Part shown: positions 1-10,504 of the stretch, piece after piece
Position numbering within the stretch: the stretch's first letter is position 1
How the letters are laid out: every line of letters starts with the position of its first letter
From: Candidatus Saccharimonadota bacterium
GTDB lineage: Bacteria; Pseudomonadota; Gammaproteobacteria; Enterobacterales; Enterobacteriaceae
Assembly: GCF_023585745.1 (NCBI RefSeq)
Contig: NZ_CP097762.1
Span: 360,001 to 392,000, forward strand
Length of the DNA: 32,000 nucleotides
Direction of reading: 5' to 3'
The notes under the pieces: model-generated
What the model saw: the letters and a program-made list of their open reading frames with translations, nothing else
What the model was told of the DNA's origin: nothing
Databases searched by the model: none
Translations under genes and position numbers: made by a program

Positions 1-1
1 A

Positions 2-550
2 TTTCAAAAAAATTATGGGATTAAACTAGGATTTATGTCTTTTTATGTGAAAGCAGTATTAGAAGGTTTACGGAATTTTCCTGAAATTAATGCCTCCATA
101 GATGGAGAAGAAATAGTATACTATAATTATTTTGATATAAATATTGCAGTTTCTACCCCTAGAGGATTAATAACACCAGTATTAAGAAACGTAGATACAC
201 TAAGTATCGCAGATATTGAAAAAGATATAAAATCTTTAGCAGAAAAAGGAAGAAATGGCAAGTTAACACTCGAAGAGTTAAGTGGAGGTAATTTTACTAT
301 TACTAACGGAGGAGTTTTTGGATCATTAATATCTACTCCTATTATTAATCCACCCCAAAGTGCTATTCTTGGAATGCATGCGATCAAAGATAGACCCGTA
401 TCATCAAACGGACAAGTAGTAGTGTTACCCATGATGTATTTGGCGTTATCATATGATCACAGATTAATAGATGGAAAAGATTCAGTAAGATTTTTAGTAT
501 ACATTAAAGAGTTATTAGAAGATCCAATACGTTTATTATTAAAAATTTAA
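2..550 (+). CDS. sucB: Dihydrolipoyllysine-residue succinyltransferase (2-oxoglutarate dehydrogenase E2), C-terminal part; the 5' end lies outside the window
   Basis: The frame is open from the window edge ([19 protein letters not shown]...), so the ORF-track ATG at 35 is internal. The catalytic-domain motifs [28 protein letters not shown] and [10 protein letters not shown] (DHRxxDG active site) align colinearly with E. coli SucB as I recall it. sucCD follow directly. Confidence 0.95.
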   Translation, partial: FQKNYGIKLGFMSFYVKAVLEGLRNFPEINASIDGEEIVYYNYFDINIAVSTPRGLITPVLRNVDTLSIADIEKDIKSLAEKGRNGKLTLEELSGGNFTITNGGVFGSLISTPIINPPQSAILGMHAIKDRPVSSNGQVVVLPMMYLALSYDHRLIDGKDSVRFLVYIKELLEDPIRLLLKI

Positions 551-605
551 TATAACACCAAATAAATATCACATGATAAAATCACAATAAATACGGTCGT
601 ATATT

Positions 606-1805
606 ATGAATTTATATGAGTACCAAGCAAAAAAACTGTTAAAAAAATATAATTTACCCATTCCAAATGGTTACAGATTTTCTGCAATAGATGATGTGAA
701 AAATCATATTTTATCAAACCAAATTTCTACTGGACCATGGGTATTAAAATGTCAAATCCAATCTGGAGGCCGAGGAAAAGCTGGAGGAGTACAAATAGTG
801 CACTCTAAAAAAGAAATATTATCATTTACTAATAAATGGCTTGGTAAAACACTAAAAACATACCAAACTGCCGATTCTGGCGAATTAGTACAATCCATAT
901 TAATAGAACCAGCGATCGAAATTATACAAGAATTATATTTAAGTATACTAATTGATAGAGAGAAAGCACAAATAACTTGTATGATCTCCAAACAAGGAGG
1001 CGTTAATATTGAACAGATTAGTCAAAAAACACCTCATTTAATTTATAAAATAAAAATTAACCCTATATCCGGGTTACAACCTTATCAAGGCAGAATATTA
1101 GCATGTAAAATTGGTTTATCAGACAAAAAAATCAATAAATTTGCAGAAATTTTAGTTAAAGCAACACAAATGTTTCTTGAAAAGGAACTTACATTAATAG
1201 AAATTAATCCACTAGCTATTACTAATGAAAATAACTTCATATGTTTAGATGCCAAAATTACTATTGATCCAAATGCTATATTTAGACAACCAGAATTGTT
1301 TTCAATATATACAGAAGACAACATACATACTCAACAGGAAGTCAATGACTTTAATTACATTCCCTTAACAGGAGGAAACATTGGTTGTATGATAAACGGA
1401 GCAGGATTAGCAATGGCTACTATGGATATGATTAAATCATTGGGAGGAACGCCTGCTAATTTTTTAGATATAGGAGGCAACTCTAATAAAAACAGTATCA
1501 TATCTGCTTTCCACGCTGTTTTAACAGATTCCAAAGTCAAAGCAATACTGGTAAATATCTTCGGTGGTATTATATGTTGCGATCTAGTAGCTGACAGCGT
1601 ACTCACAACTTTATCTAGATACTACAAATGCATTATTAAAAATAATATGATTCCTATTGTTTTCAGATTAGAAGGCAACAACGCTGAACTAGGTAAAAAA
1701 AGATTAATCAATAGTAACCTAAATATTTATGTCACAAATAATTTAATAGATGCTATTCAACAAGTTATAAAAATGGTGAAATTTAAAAATGTCAATATTG
1801 ATTGA
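606..1805 (+). CDS. sucC: Succinyl-CoA synthetase beta subunit
   Basis: The 399-aa product starts [12 protein letters not shown]. It carries the ATP-grasp motif [15 protein letters not shown] and the motifs [15 protein letters not shown] and VNIFGGI. It is colinear with E. coli SucC (388 aa) but has a short C-terminal extension that overlaps sucD. Confidence 0.96.
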   Translation: MNLYEYQAKKLLKKYNLPIPNGYRFSAIDDVKNHILSNQISTGPWVLKCQIQSGGRGKAGGVQIVHSKKEILSFTNKWLGKTLKTYQTADSGELVQSILIEPAIEIIQELYLSILIDREKAQITCMISKQGGVNIEQISQKTPHLIYKIKINPISGLQPYQGRILACKIGLSDKKINKFAEILVKATQMFLEKELTLIEINPLAITNENNFICLDAKITIDPNAIFRQPELFSIYTEDNIHTQQEVNDFNYIPLTGGNIGCMINGAGLAMATMDMIKSLGGTPANFLDIGGNSNKNSIISAFHAVLTDSKVKAILVNIFGGIICCDLVADSVLTTLSRYYKCIIKNNMIPIVFRLEGNNAELGKKRLINSNLNIYVTNNLIDAIQQVIKMVKFKNVNID

Positions 1806-2664
1806 TAAAAACACAAAAATAATCTGTCAAGGATTTACAGGTAAAAAAGCTACTCTGCATTCAAAACAAGCATTAAATTATGGAACACAAATAGTAGGAG
1901 GAGTAACTCCAGGAAAAGGGGGTAGCACCCATCTTGGATTACCAGTATTTAATACTGTTAATGAAGCATTATATCACACGCATGCATCCACTTCTATAAT
2001 TTATGTACCTGCTCCTATGTGCAAGGACGCAATTTTAGAAGCAATTCATGCAGGCATTCAATTAATAGTATGTATAACAGAAGGGATTCCAATACTAGAC
2101 ATGCTGATAATCAAACAACAACTCACAAAACATAATACATGTATGATAGGACCAAATTGTCCAGGAATTATTACTCCAGGAGAATGTAAACTTGGAATTA
2201 TGCCACATCATATACATACTCGGGGAACTATAGGAATTATTTCTAGATCAGGTACTTTAACATATGAAGTAGTAAAACAAATAACTGATTGTAAATTAGG
2301 TCAATCTACATGTGTTGGAATAGGAGGAGACCCAATACTCGGGTCTGATTTTATCGATATATTAACACTCTTTGAAAAAGACCCTAAAACATCATTAATA
2401 ATAATGATTGGTGAAATTGGAGGTAGATCGGAAGAAAACGCCGCAAAATATATTAGACAATATATTAAAAAACCAGTAGTAGCATATATAGCGGGATCTA
2501 CAGCTCCTAAAGGAAAACGCATGGGGCATGCTGGTGCTATTATCTCTGGACTTGGAAGTACTGTGCAAGAAAAATGTGCTATTTTATCAGAATCAAAAGT
2601 ACATGTAGTAAAAAATTTTGTTAATATTGGCCAATATATAAAAAACACTATAATGAAATCATAA
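1789..2664 (+). CDS. sucD: Succinyl-CoA synthetase alpha subunit
   Basis: The 291-aa product starts [18 protein letters not shown]. It contains [23 protein letters not shown] and the phosphohistidine-loop motif [10 protein letters not shown]. It aligns with E. coli SucD over nearly its full length and overlaps sucC by 17 nt. Confidence 0.97.
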   Translation: MSILIDKNTKIICQGFTGKKATLHSKQALNYGTQIVGGVTPGKGGSTHLGLPVFNTVNEALYHTHASTSIIYVPAPMCKDAILEAIHAGIQLIVCITEGIPILDMLIIKQQLTKHNTCMIGPNCPGIITPGECKLGIMPHHIHTRGTIGIISRSGTLTYEVVKQITDCKLGQSTCVGIGGDPILGSDFIDILTLFEKDPKTSLIIMIGEIGGRSEENAAKYIRQYIKKPVVAYIAGSTAPKGKRMGHAGAIISGLGSTVQEKCAILSESKVHVVKNFVNIGQYIKNTIMKS

Positions 2665-2685
2665 AAATATTATACATATAAAATA

Positions 2686-2722
2686 AACTCAACCATATAC
2701 ATAGTTATATGGTTGAGTTTTC
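2686..2722 (+). terminator. Rho-independent terminator after sucD
   Basis: A perfect 14-bp stem, aactcaaccatata (2686-2699) with tatatggttgagtt (2706-2719), closes a 6-nt loop (catagt) and runs into a T tract (tttt, 2718-2721). It begins 22 nt after the sucD stop codon. Confidence 0.75.
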
Positions 2723-2917
2723 ATAAAAATGTATTTAAAAATTAATTTTAATTAAACATTATGTTTATGTTAAGTCAATATGTTTGTTATCAAAATAAAC
2801 ACTCTAATTATTACAGATAATTGCATTAAATTAACACCAATATTTGTTGCAACTATAAATTTCTACAACAATCACGCATTACATACTGATCACTCAATAC
2901 TTTAATTAATTAATAAT

Positions 2918-3655
2918 ATGAATATCTTTAATTTATTTTTAAAAACTAATATCCTAGTACAAATCAGCATTTTGATACTTATCATATTTTCTATACTCTC
3001 TTGGAGCATCATTTTTCATCGTATTTTTATAATTAAAATAGCAGAAAAAAAATCAAAAATATTTAGAAAAAAATTTTGGTCCGAAATTAATTTATCTAGT
3101 CTGTACCAGACCACTATAACTCATCAAAATACATTAAATGGAATAGAACATATTTTCTATACAGGTTTTAAAGAATTTTCTACACTATACCCAATGAAAA
3201 TATGCTCACCTGAAGTAATAATGACTAGAACTTTAGACACTATGCGCACTACAGTAAATATAGAACTAAAAACATTAGAAAATAATATTCCATTAATTGG
3301 AACCATTGGTTCTATAAGTCCATATTTTGGATTATTTGGAACTATATTAGGAATTATGCATATTTTTATTGAACTAGGCTCAATATCAAACAACACATCT
3401 AATCAAATAGTTCATATACAAATTATTGCACCAGGAATTTCAGAAGCATTAATTTCTACCGCTATAGGTTTATTCGTAGCTATTCCAGCAGTAATGGCAT
3501 TTAATTACTTGACGACAAAAATTAATAATTTAGAACAAAACTACGACAATTTTATACAGGAATTCATTACAATGTTATATCATCAATTTTTTTTCAATAC
3601 TAAAATTACCCAAAATCAGGAATATATACATGCGGAAACAAAATATCAGAAATAA
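2918..3655 (+). CDS. tolQ: Tol-Pal system protein TolQ (MotA/ExbB-family proton channel)
   Basis: The 245-aa product contains IFYTGFKEF, IPLIGTIGSISPYFGLFGTILGIMH and APGISEALISTAIGLFVAIPAVMAFN. It is colinear with E. coli TolQ (230 aa), with a C-terminal extension that overlaps tolR. Confidence 0.95.
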   Translation: MNIFNLFLKTNILVQISILILIIFSILSWSIIFHRIFIIKIAEKKSKIFRKKFWSEINLSSLYQTTITHQNTLNGIEHIFYTGFKEFSTLYPMKICSPEVIMTRTLDTMRTTVNIELKTLENNIPLIGTIGSISPYFGLFGTILGIMHIFIELGSISNNTSNQIVHIQIIAPGISEALISTAIGLFVAIPAVMAFNYLTTKINNLEQNYDNFIQEFITMLYHQFFFNTKITQNQEYIHAETKYQK

Positions 3656-4061
3656 AATTAAATCAGAAATCAATATTGTGCCGCTATTAGATATATTACT
3701 AGTATTACTAATTATTTTTATGACAATACCGATAAAATTAATACAAAAATTTGAAGTTAATCTTCCTAACAGCGATATAACAAAAAATTTTATAAAAAAT
3801 GAAAAAATTACAATTACCATTGAAATTTTAAACAAGGGACTATACAATTTGGTTCTTGATAATACAAAAATAGGACCAATGCCTCTAACACAACTATCAT
3901 CAGAAATAAATAGTCAAATACATTCTAACAAAACTGCAAATACGCTATGTTTGATAGCTGCATCAAGAACCACAACATATAATGAAATTGTTGTAATATT
4001 AAATTTATTACAAATAAATGGTATCCATTCCGTTGGAATATTAACTAATCCGTCTCATTAA
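3630..4061 (+). CDS. tolR: Tol-Pal system protein TolR (ExbD family)
   Basis: The 143-aa product carries KSEINIVPLLDILLVLLIIFM, which is near-identical to the E. coli TolR transmembrane segment including the conserved Asp. It sits between tolQ and tolA. Confidence 0.93.
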   Translation: MRKQNIRNKIKSEINIVPLLDILLVLLIIFMTIPIKLIQKFEVNLPNSDITKNFIKNEKITITIEILNKGLYNLVLDNTKIGPMPLTQLSSEINSQIHSNKTANTLCLIAASRTTTYNEIVVILNLLQINGIHSVGILTNPSH

Positions 4062-4084
4062 TAATATTTCTGAAAAACTTAAAA

Positions 4085-4840
4085 ATGACAAAAAAATTTT
4101 TTTATCCATCATACAAAACCAAATTTATATACTCTATGATAGCATCCATCATTATACATATGATTATATGTATCTTCTTATATACACGCATAATCGCAGA
4201 AAAAAAAAAATACGATACAGACAACAAAATTAATAACGAAAAACACTCAATGTACAATACATTAATCAATGACGAACCAAAAAAAATATTAACAGAAAAT
4301 AATAATGTTCTGTTATTAAACCAACCCAATCGATTCAAACTCACAGATACACCACAACAAAAACCATCCTCAGTCACACAAAAAAATACAGATCACAGCG
4401 ACACTACTACTCAAAAAAAACATGCACTAAAAAATAACGTAAAACAAAAAAATATAACAACTGACAATATCGGTCAAAAAAATACGCGTAACAATTCTAA
4501 CGAATTAGATAATTTATTAAATACATTCATCAATGATATCAAAATCCCTGCTAAAAATAATGCTATTAACAATGACGAAATTAATGCGTATAAAAAAATC
4601 ATTAGCAAATCAATACAGAATAAATTTTATAATGCTTCTAGTTACTCGGGAAAACAATGTACTATACGAATAAAATTCGCACCTGATGGCGCAATACTAT
4701 CAGTCTCCTCTATATCAGGAGATCCTGAGCTATGTCAAGCAGCAATAATAGCTGTAAAATCAGCAAAAATTCCGCAACCTCTAAATATAAATATTTATAA
4801 AGCTTTTGAAAACACAATATTAAATTTTGCCCCACAATAA
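4085..4840 (+). CDS. tolA: Tol-Pal system protein TolA, shortened (251 aa versus about 421 in E. coli)
   Basis: It has an N-terminal TM anchor (IASIIIHMIICIFLY). Its C-terminal domain, INAYKKIISKSIQNKFYNASSYSGKQCTIRIKFAPDGAILSV...GDPELCQAAIIAVKSAKIPQP, matches E. coli TolA domain III. The central region is N/K/T/Q-rich low complexity. The gene sits in the tolR-tolB position. Confidence 0.88.
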   Translation: MTKKFFYPSYKTKFIYSMIASIIIHMIICIFLYTRIIAEKKKYDTDNKINNEKHSMYNTLINDEPKKILTENNNVLLLNQPNRFKLTDTPQQKPSSVTQKNTDHSDTTTQKKHALKNNVKQKNITTDNIGQKNTRNNSNELDNLLNTFINDIKIPAKNNAINNDEINAYKKIISKSIQNKFYNASSYSGKQCTIRIKFAPDGAILSVSSISGDPELCQAAIIAVKSAKIPQPLNINIYKAFENTILNFAPQ

Positions 4841-4956
4841 ATAAAATATTTACATTTTTATAAATAGTAATAATATTTATATGTTAGACATAGTATAATA
4901 TACTTTGGTAGTACTTAAAAATACACTGTTAACATTTAGGAGAATTTGTTAAAGCT

Positions 4957-6306
4957 ATGCTGTCCTCATTATCGATGTTAATATATTCTTCCATTATACT
5001 TGTATGGACATCTATATTACTAGCAGATATGCAAATTAAAATTACTCAAGGTATAAATACAGCATATCCTATTGCTATAATACCTTTTAAATATATCAAT
5101 AATAATCAATATGATATATTTCAGCCTACTGAAGACATAGCATCAATAATAGCTAATGATTTACGTAATAGCAGTAAATTTAATACAATACCTGTAGAAC
5201 ATTTACCCCATCAACCCGATAACATATCAGATGTTATCCCAATGTTTTGGGAAAAACTGGGTATTAATATAATTGTAATTGGGACAATACAAGAAAACTA
5301 TGATGAAAGTTATATTATATCTTATAACCTAATAGATACTTCTAAAAATCCAGCATTAGTAATAACTGAAAATCAATTTTCAATAGAAAAAAAATGGCTT
5401 CGTTATATAGCTCATACTATCAGTAATGAAATTTTTGAAAAAATAACTGGTATAAAAGGAATATTTTGTACACGTATTGCGTACGTATTACACACTGATC
5501 ATGATAAATACCCTTTCGAACTATGCATTGCTGACTATGATGGACATAACCAAATATCAATATGTAAGACCCATGAACCATTAATGTCTCCGGCATGGAC
5601 TCCAGATGGTAATAAAATCGCCTATGTTACCTTCGATTCAGGTCACTCAAAACTTGTAATACAAACACTAAGTACAGGCACAATTAACAATGTTATTAAT
5701 TTCCCACAGCATAATGGAGCTCCTGCGTTTTCTCCAAACTCTAAAAAATTAGCATTTGCTTTATCAAAAACTGGTAGTTTAAATTTATATATTATGGATT
5801 TAGATTCTGGAGAGATTAAACAATTAACTAATAATAGAAATAACAATACTGAACCCAGTTGGTTTCCGGACAATAAAAATATAGCCTATACTTCCGATCA
5901 AAGCGGAAAACCACAAATTTATAAAATTAATATTGACACCTATAATAGCACACGAATATCTTGGTCACATACTAGTAACCAAAATCCAGCTGTAAGTTCA
6001 GACGGAAAATTTATAATGATGGTTAATAGACACCAAGGAAAACAAAATATAGCTAAAATAAACTTAACAAATAATCAGGAATATATATTAACAGATACTG
6101 TACTAGCTAATTCTCCTAGCATAGCACCTAATAATACAATGGTATTATATAGCGATACCAACACTAATATAACAAATAATGTAACAACTTCTACATCTAG
6201 TTTAGAATTGATATCTATTGATGGTAAATTTAGAGCTCATATTACAGGAAACAAAAATGACTTAAGATTTCCTACTTGGTCATCAGCATATTTTCATTCG
6301 CAATAA
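4957..6306 (+). CDS. tolB: Tol-Pal system periplasmic beta-propeller protein TolB
   Basis: The 449-aa product has a signal-like N-terminus. Repeated propeller motifs are present ([65 protein letters not shown]). It is colinear with E. coli TolB. An AGGAG at 4938-4942 lies 14 nt from the ATG, so the start is slightly uncertain. Confidence 0.93.
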   Translation: MLSSLSMLIYSSIILVWTSILLADMQIKITQGINTAYPIAIIPFKYINNNQYDIFQPTEDIASIIANDLRNSSKFNTIPVEHLPHQPDNISDVIPMFWEKLGINIIVIGTIQENYDESYIISYNLIDTSKNPALVITENQFSIEKKWLRYIAHTISNEIFEKITGIKGIFCTRIAYVLHTDHDKYPFELCIADYDGHNQISICKTHEPLMSPAWTPDGNKIAYVTFDSGHSKLVIQTLSTGTINNVINFPQHNGAPAFSPNSKKLAFALSKTGSLNLYIMDLDSGEIKQLTNNRNNNTEPSWFPDNKNIAYTSDQSGKPQIYKINIDTYNSTRISWSHTSNQNPAVSSDGKFIMMVNRHQGKQNIAKINLTNNQEYILTDTVLANSPSIAPNNTMVLYSDTNTNITNNVTTSTSSLELISIDGKFRAHITGNKNDLRFPTWSSAYFHSQ

Positions 6307-6364
6307 AGTTTTATTGAAAAAATTAAATATAAATCTCATAAAATTAATAAAATAAATAACCTAT

Positions 6365-6898
6365 ATGCACATAAATATACTTTATAAAAAACTAACATTA
6401 ATGATTATTATCAGTGCAATAACTAGCGCTTGCACTACAACATTAAATAAAAAAAATAATACTAATTATATTGATTATGATAATGACACAAATTATCTAC
6501 AGAAATTAAATAGACAGAATACTCAAATAATTCACAAAAAATTAAACATACAAGAATTAAAAGTTAACAATACTATTTATTTTGATTTGAATCAATATGA
6601 TATTACACACCAATTCTTTAATATATTAAATAATCATGCTGATTTTTTAAGAAATCATCCTTCAAATTCTATACGAATAGAAGGACATACTGATGAACGA
6701 GGCACTGCAGAATATAATATTGCGTTAGGTGAACGACGAGCTAATGCTGTAAAATTATACCTTCAAAGCCAAGGGGTGCTACATGAACAAATTTCTACTG
6801 TCTCTTATGGCAGAGAAAAACCTGCAATGCACGGTCATAATGAAACAGCGTATTCTAAAAACAGACGTGCCGTTTTAATATACAATAAAACACCATGA
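6365..6898 (+). CDS. pal: Peptidoglycan-associated outer-membrane lipoprotein Pal
   Basis: The 177-aa product has a lipobox-like ITSAC followed by Thr at +2. Its OmpA-like C-terminal domain ([36 protein letters not shown]...SYGREKP) is colinear with E. coli Pal. Confidence 0.94.
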   Translation: MHINILYKKLTLMIIISAITSACTTTLNKKNNTNYIDYDNDTNYLQKLNRQNTQIIHKKLNIQELKVNNTIYFDLNQYDITHQFFNILNNHADFLRNHPSNSIRIEGHTDERGTAEYNIALGERRANAVKLYLQSQGVLHEQISTVSYGREKPAMHGHNETAYSKNRRAVLIYNKTP

Positions 6899-6901
6899 TT
6901 T

Positions 6902-7711
6902 ATGTGTAAAAAAATGATTTTTCTATCAAAATTTAATAATATGATAACTATCATATTATTTATATTTCTTACGTTTTTTGAAAGTAATATAATATATTCA
7001 CAAGATTTACACAAAAAAATAAATGAAAAAAATAAAAATATTACTCAATTACAACAAATATCCAATGCTCATAGTCAATATTTAATTCAAATACAAAAGC
7101 AATTAACCGAAAATCAACACGATATTGATATTTTACGAGGAAATATTCAAGATATTCAATATAATATATCAAACATTATCACTCAACAAGAATCCATGCA
7201 TCACCAAATAAATAATTTTTTAAAATCAAAAAATTTAAACTTACAATATCGTAATGAAAATAATTCTGATGATGTACCAAATACACAATTACAAAACCAA
7301 CAAACACATCAACATACTAAAAAATACACAGGTATTGATGCAGAACAACAATCTTATAAAGATGCAGTAAATTTGGTATTAAAAAATAAACAATATGACC
7401 AAGCAATACAATTGTTTCATAATTTTGTAAAAAATTATCCAAAATCAATATATCAAGCTAATGCACATTATTGGCTAGGACAATTATACTATCAAAAAGG
7501 ACAAAAAGATAATGCATCCCATCATTTCGCATTAGTTGTTAAAAATTATCCTAAATCCTCAAAAGCAGCAAATGCATTGTTGAAAATTGGTTTTTTAGTG
7601 CAAGAAAAAAAAGTAGACATGGCTAAAAAAATATATCAACAAGTAATAACACTTTATCCAAATAGTGAATCTGCTAAACAAGCTAAAAAGCTTTTATACA
7701 GCTTAAAATAA
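6902..7711 (+). CDS. cpoB: Cell-division coordinator CpoB (YbgF), TPR protein
   Basis: The 269-aa product has a signal-like N-terminus, then a Q/N-rich coiled-coil region, then C-terminal TPR repeats (YPKSIYQANAHYWLGQLYY, YPKSSKAANALLKIG, YPNSESAKQAKK). It occupies the last position of the tol-pal cluster, as in enterics. Confidence 0.88.
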   Translation: MCKKMIFLSKFNNMITIILFIFLTFFESNIIYSQDLHKKINEKNKNITQLQQISNAHSQYLIQIQKQLTENQHDIDILRGNIQDIQYNISNIITQQESMHHQINNFLKSKNLNLQYRNENNSDDVPNTQLQNQQTHQHTKKYTGIDAEQQSYKDAVNLVLKNKQYDQAIQLFHNFVKNYPKSIYQANAHYWLGQLYYQKGQKDNASHHFALVVKNYPKSSKAANALLKIGFLVQEKKVDMAKKIYQQVITLYPNSESAKQAKKLLYSLK

Positions 7712-7891
7712 TAAGTAAAGAATTTTAAAAATTATTCTTTCTATTAATAATAGAATAACTAAGTGAATCCGTACATAACATATTAAATAAATTTAAACTA
7801 ACTATACAAAATTCAGTATAGTCTAATCCGACATGGTAAAACTAAACAACATATTAAATATTAATATTTAATTAAATAAAACAAAAAAATT

Positions 7892-7930
7892 TATAATTTA
7901 AATATTTTAATAAAAAATATTTAAATTATA
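7892..7930. repeat. Perfect 17-bp A/T-only inverted repeat with a 5-nt loop; candidate bidirectional terminator between convergent cpoB and pgl
   Basis: The arms are tataatttaaatatttt (7892-7908) and aaaatatttaaattata (7914-7930), with loop aataa. An A7 run precedes it (7883-7889) and T-rich sequence follows (7931 onward). Confidence 0.4.
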
Positions 7931-8301
7931 TTATTTAATAATATTAAAATATTACTTATTTAAACTAATAACCACACTCGATATTATTTATTTGCATTAT
8001 ATCATTTAATTTTCTATTTTAAACACCGCAATTTTCTATGATTTCTTACTGTATATGATAAAAATTATTATCTAACTAAAATTCATACTATTCACTATGA
8101 ATGCATACAATACTACTAAATAGTTTTACATAAAATGTTTTCCAGTAAAACGTAATTTTTACGATACATTTTTAGTATTCTAAAATATTTTAGAATAAAC
8201 ATAACAAATTTTTATTTAAAATTAATTACCCTAATATACATTATAAACAAACCCTTACAAATTTTGTGCTATATCAGAACATATCGATTAAAACTTATAT
8301 A

Positions 8302-9318
8302 TCATCCATCCAACAATGTCACTGTACTAATCCATACAGGACCAAGACCTGAAAAATGACGAGATAAAAAATGCAATCTACCACTAATTAAATTAATACG
8401 ATATACAGATATATAATTTGATTTTTGACCTGCAACAATCAGAAAGTTCCCAGTATCATCAATCGTGAATCCTCTGGGTTGCGTTTCAGTAATTTGATAC
8501 CCAACAAATTTTAATTTTTTTGTACGCTGTATTATCTTGAAAAAACTAATAATATTAGTAACTCTATCAGAACAATATAACCAACGACCATTAGAAGTCA
8601 TATGTATATCAGAAGACCAAAATTGCTGCTTACTAATAAAATTTTTTGGTATCAAACTTATTGTTTGAATAATATTAGGAATACTACAATAATCATCATA
8701 TTTAATAATATCTATAGTACCCAATAATTCATTAATCACATATGCATAATCTCCAGTCTTATGGAAAACCATATGACGCGGACCCGATCCAATCACACTA
8801 GATTTAATACAACCTGGAGTCCAGGGCGTTAATTTCCCACATATATCTATCTTAAATAATTTAATCACATGCTCTTGCAAACAGGGCACCCAAAGCAATA
8901 CACCATGATTATCTATATTAGCAGAATGACAACCCGACAAATCCGGAATAATTTGTACAGCACAATCCAATACACCAAATTTATTAATAGGTATTACATA
9001 TACTGCACCTCTTTTGTAAGAGGTGCAGTATAAAAACGTACCATTTATATTGCTCATTAAGTGGGTTGGACTACCAGATAATTTTATACTGCTATTAATT
9101 ATTAAAAATCCCTCCGAACTTATAGTATAAGTGATGATTCCAAAATCTGGTCGTATCCCAACATATAAAAATTTTTTGTTTGAATTTACAACCATAGGAT
9201 AGACTTGTCCTGGAGTATTCACTACTTGAACTAATTGTAAAAAACCGTTAATACTGTCCAATTTCCAAACATAAATTTGACAACTATCAGGACTAGCTAC
9301 ATAAACAATTTGCATCAT
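8302..9318 (-). CDS. pgl: 6-phosphogluconolactonase
   Basis: The 338-aa product starts MMQIVYVASPDSCQIYVW. It contains LSGCHSANID, GSGPRHMVFH and ITETQPRGFTIDDTGNFLIVAGQKSNYISVY. It is colinear with E. coli Pgl/YbhE (331 aa). Confidence 0.93.
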   Translation of the reverse strand: MMQIVYVASPDSCQIYVWKLDSINGFLQLVQVVNTPGQVYPMVVNSNKKFLYVGIRPDFGIITYTISSEGFLIINSSIKLSGSPTHLMSNINGTFLYCTSYKRGAVYVIPINKFGVLDCAVQIIPDLSGCHSANIDNHGVLLWVPCLQEHVIKLFKIDICGKLTPWTPGCIKSSVIGSGPRHMVFHKTGDYAYVINELLGTIDIIKYDDYCSIPNIIQTISLIPKNFISKQQFWSSDIHMTSNGRWLYCSDRVTNIISFFKIIQRTKKLKFVGYQITETQPRGFTIDDTGNFLIVAGQKSNYISVYRINLISGRLHFLSRHFSGLGPVWISTVTLLDG

Positions 9319-9599
9319 AAATTTCCAAATACATATAAAATTATTTTATATAAATACTATATTCGCATAATATGCATTCATTTAAAATTCTATATCTCAA
9401 TAAGATATTTTTATAAATTTAAAGTAATAACATAACAATATAAATAGATAAATATAATTTATACAAAAACATGAATCTGCATTTTATACCAATTTTTTAA
9501 AAATAAAATTACTTAATTCATATATTGAATACTATTTAAAATTAATATAAAGATTTATATAATATATTCTTAAATATTTACATAACACATGAGGCAATT

Positions 9600-10313
9600 A
9601 TGACTACGACTAAACTAAGTTTAATAAGACATGGAGAAAGTCAATGGAATAAAGAAAATCGATTTACCGGATGGGTTGACATAGATTTATCCGAAAAAGG
9701 ACATACCGAAGCAATATTAGCTGGAAAAATATTAAAAAAAAATGGTTTATTTTTTGAACATGGATATACATCGGTCTTAAAAAGAGCAATTCATACATTA
9801 TGGTTAATACTAGAACAAATAAACCAAGTATGGTTACCCATCGAAAAATCTTGGAGATTAAACGAACGTCATTACGGAGCTTTACAAGGTCTTAATAAAG
9901 ACCAAATAATTCAAAAATATGGTTACAATACTGTGCAACAATGGCGACGAAGCTTTAACGCAATACCACCCAAAATCTGTCATCATGAAAATTCTCAATT
10001 TATAGCAACAAATGATAAACGCTACAATAACCTAACACCTGAAGAACTACCTAATAGTGAGAGTTTAGCAATGACTTTAAACAGAATACTACCCTATTGG
10101 AATTTATCCATACTACCAAATATTAAAAATAAAAAAAATACCATCATAGTAGCACATGGAAATTCCATACGCGCTTTAATAAAGCTTTTAAGCAATATGA
10201 ATGAATCAGAAATTTTTCAAGTTAATATACCAACAGGAATTCCTTTAATATATGAATTTGATAAAAATACAAATTTGGTTCAACACTACTACTTATATAA
10301 CGAACCAAATTAA
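9600..10313 (+). CDS. gpmA: 2,3-bisphosphoglycerate-dependent phosphoglycerate mutase
   Basis: The 237-aa product carries the catalytic motif LIRHGESQWNKENRFTGW plus YTSVLKRAIHTLW, NERHYGALQGLNK and AHGNSIRAL. A GAGG Shine-Dalgarno sequence lies at 9591-9594, 5 nt from the ATG. Confidence 0.96.
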   Translation: MTTTKLSLIRHGESQWNKENRFTGWVDIDLSEKGHTEAILAGKILKKNGLFFEHGYTSVLKRAIHTLWLILEQINQVWLPIEKSWRLNERHYGALQGLNKDQIIQKYGYNTVQQWRRSFNAIPPKICHHENSQFIATNDKRYNNLTPEELPNSESLAMTLNRILPYWNLSILPNIKNKKNTIIVAHGNSIRALIKLLSNMNESEIFQVNIPTGIPLIYEFDKNTNLVQHYYLYNEPN

Positions 10314-10504
10314 ATCACTTAGTATACCACTAATAATCAATGATTAATATCAACTAACTTGCTGCACTTTAAATCACATAAACAATCATAAAATAGTTAT
10401 ACGTACATTTTTAACACCAAATACAACATTTTGTTGCTCATATTTATTGCTTACTATATAATGCACGAAAAGTTATATGTCAATTATTTGTTAAGGTGAA
10501 ATTT

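Noticed and set aside
1789-1805. Gene overlaps with C-terminal extensions (sucC/sucD 17 nt, tolQ/tolR 26 nt, sufC/sufD 20 nt, prfA/prmC 1 nt), considered as unusual recoding or coupling signals.
   Set aside because: These are ordinary translational coupling within operons. The extra length is explained by stop-codon drift in an A+T-biased genome, and there are no slippery heptamers or downstream structures.
4894-4899. TATAAT-like hexamers, for example 4894-4899 upstream of tolB and 10467-10472 upstream of ybhL, considered as sigma-70 promoters.
   Set aside because: No acceptable -35 element (TTGACA-like at 16-18 bp) or extended -10 TG accompanies them. TATAAT-like strings occur every few dozen bases in these spacers, so promoter calls from sequence alone would be noise.
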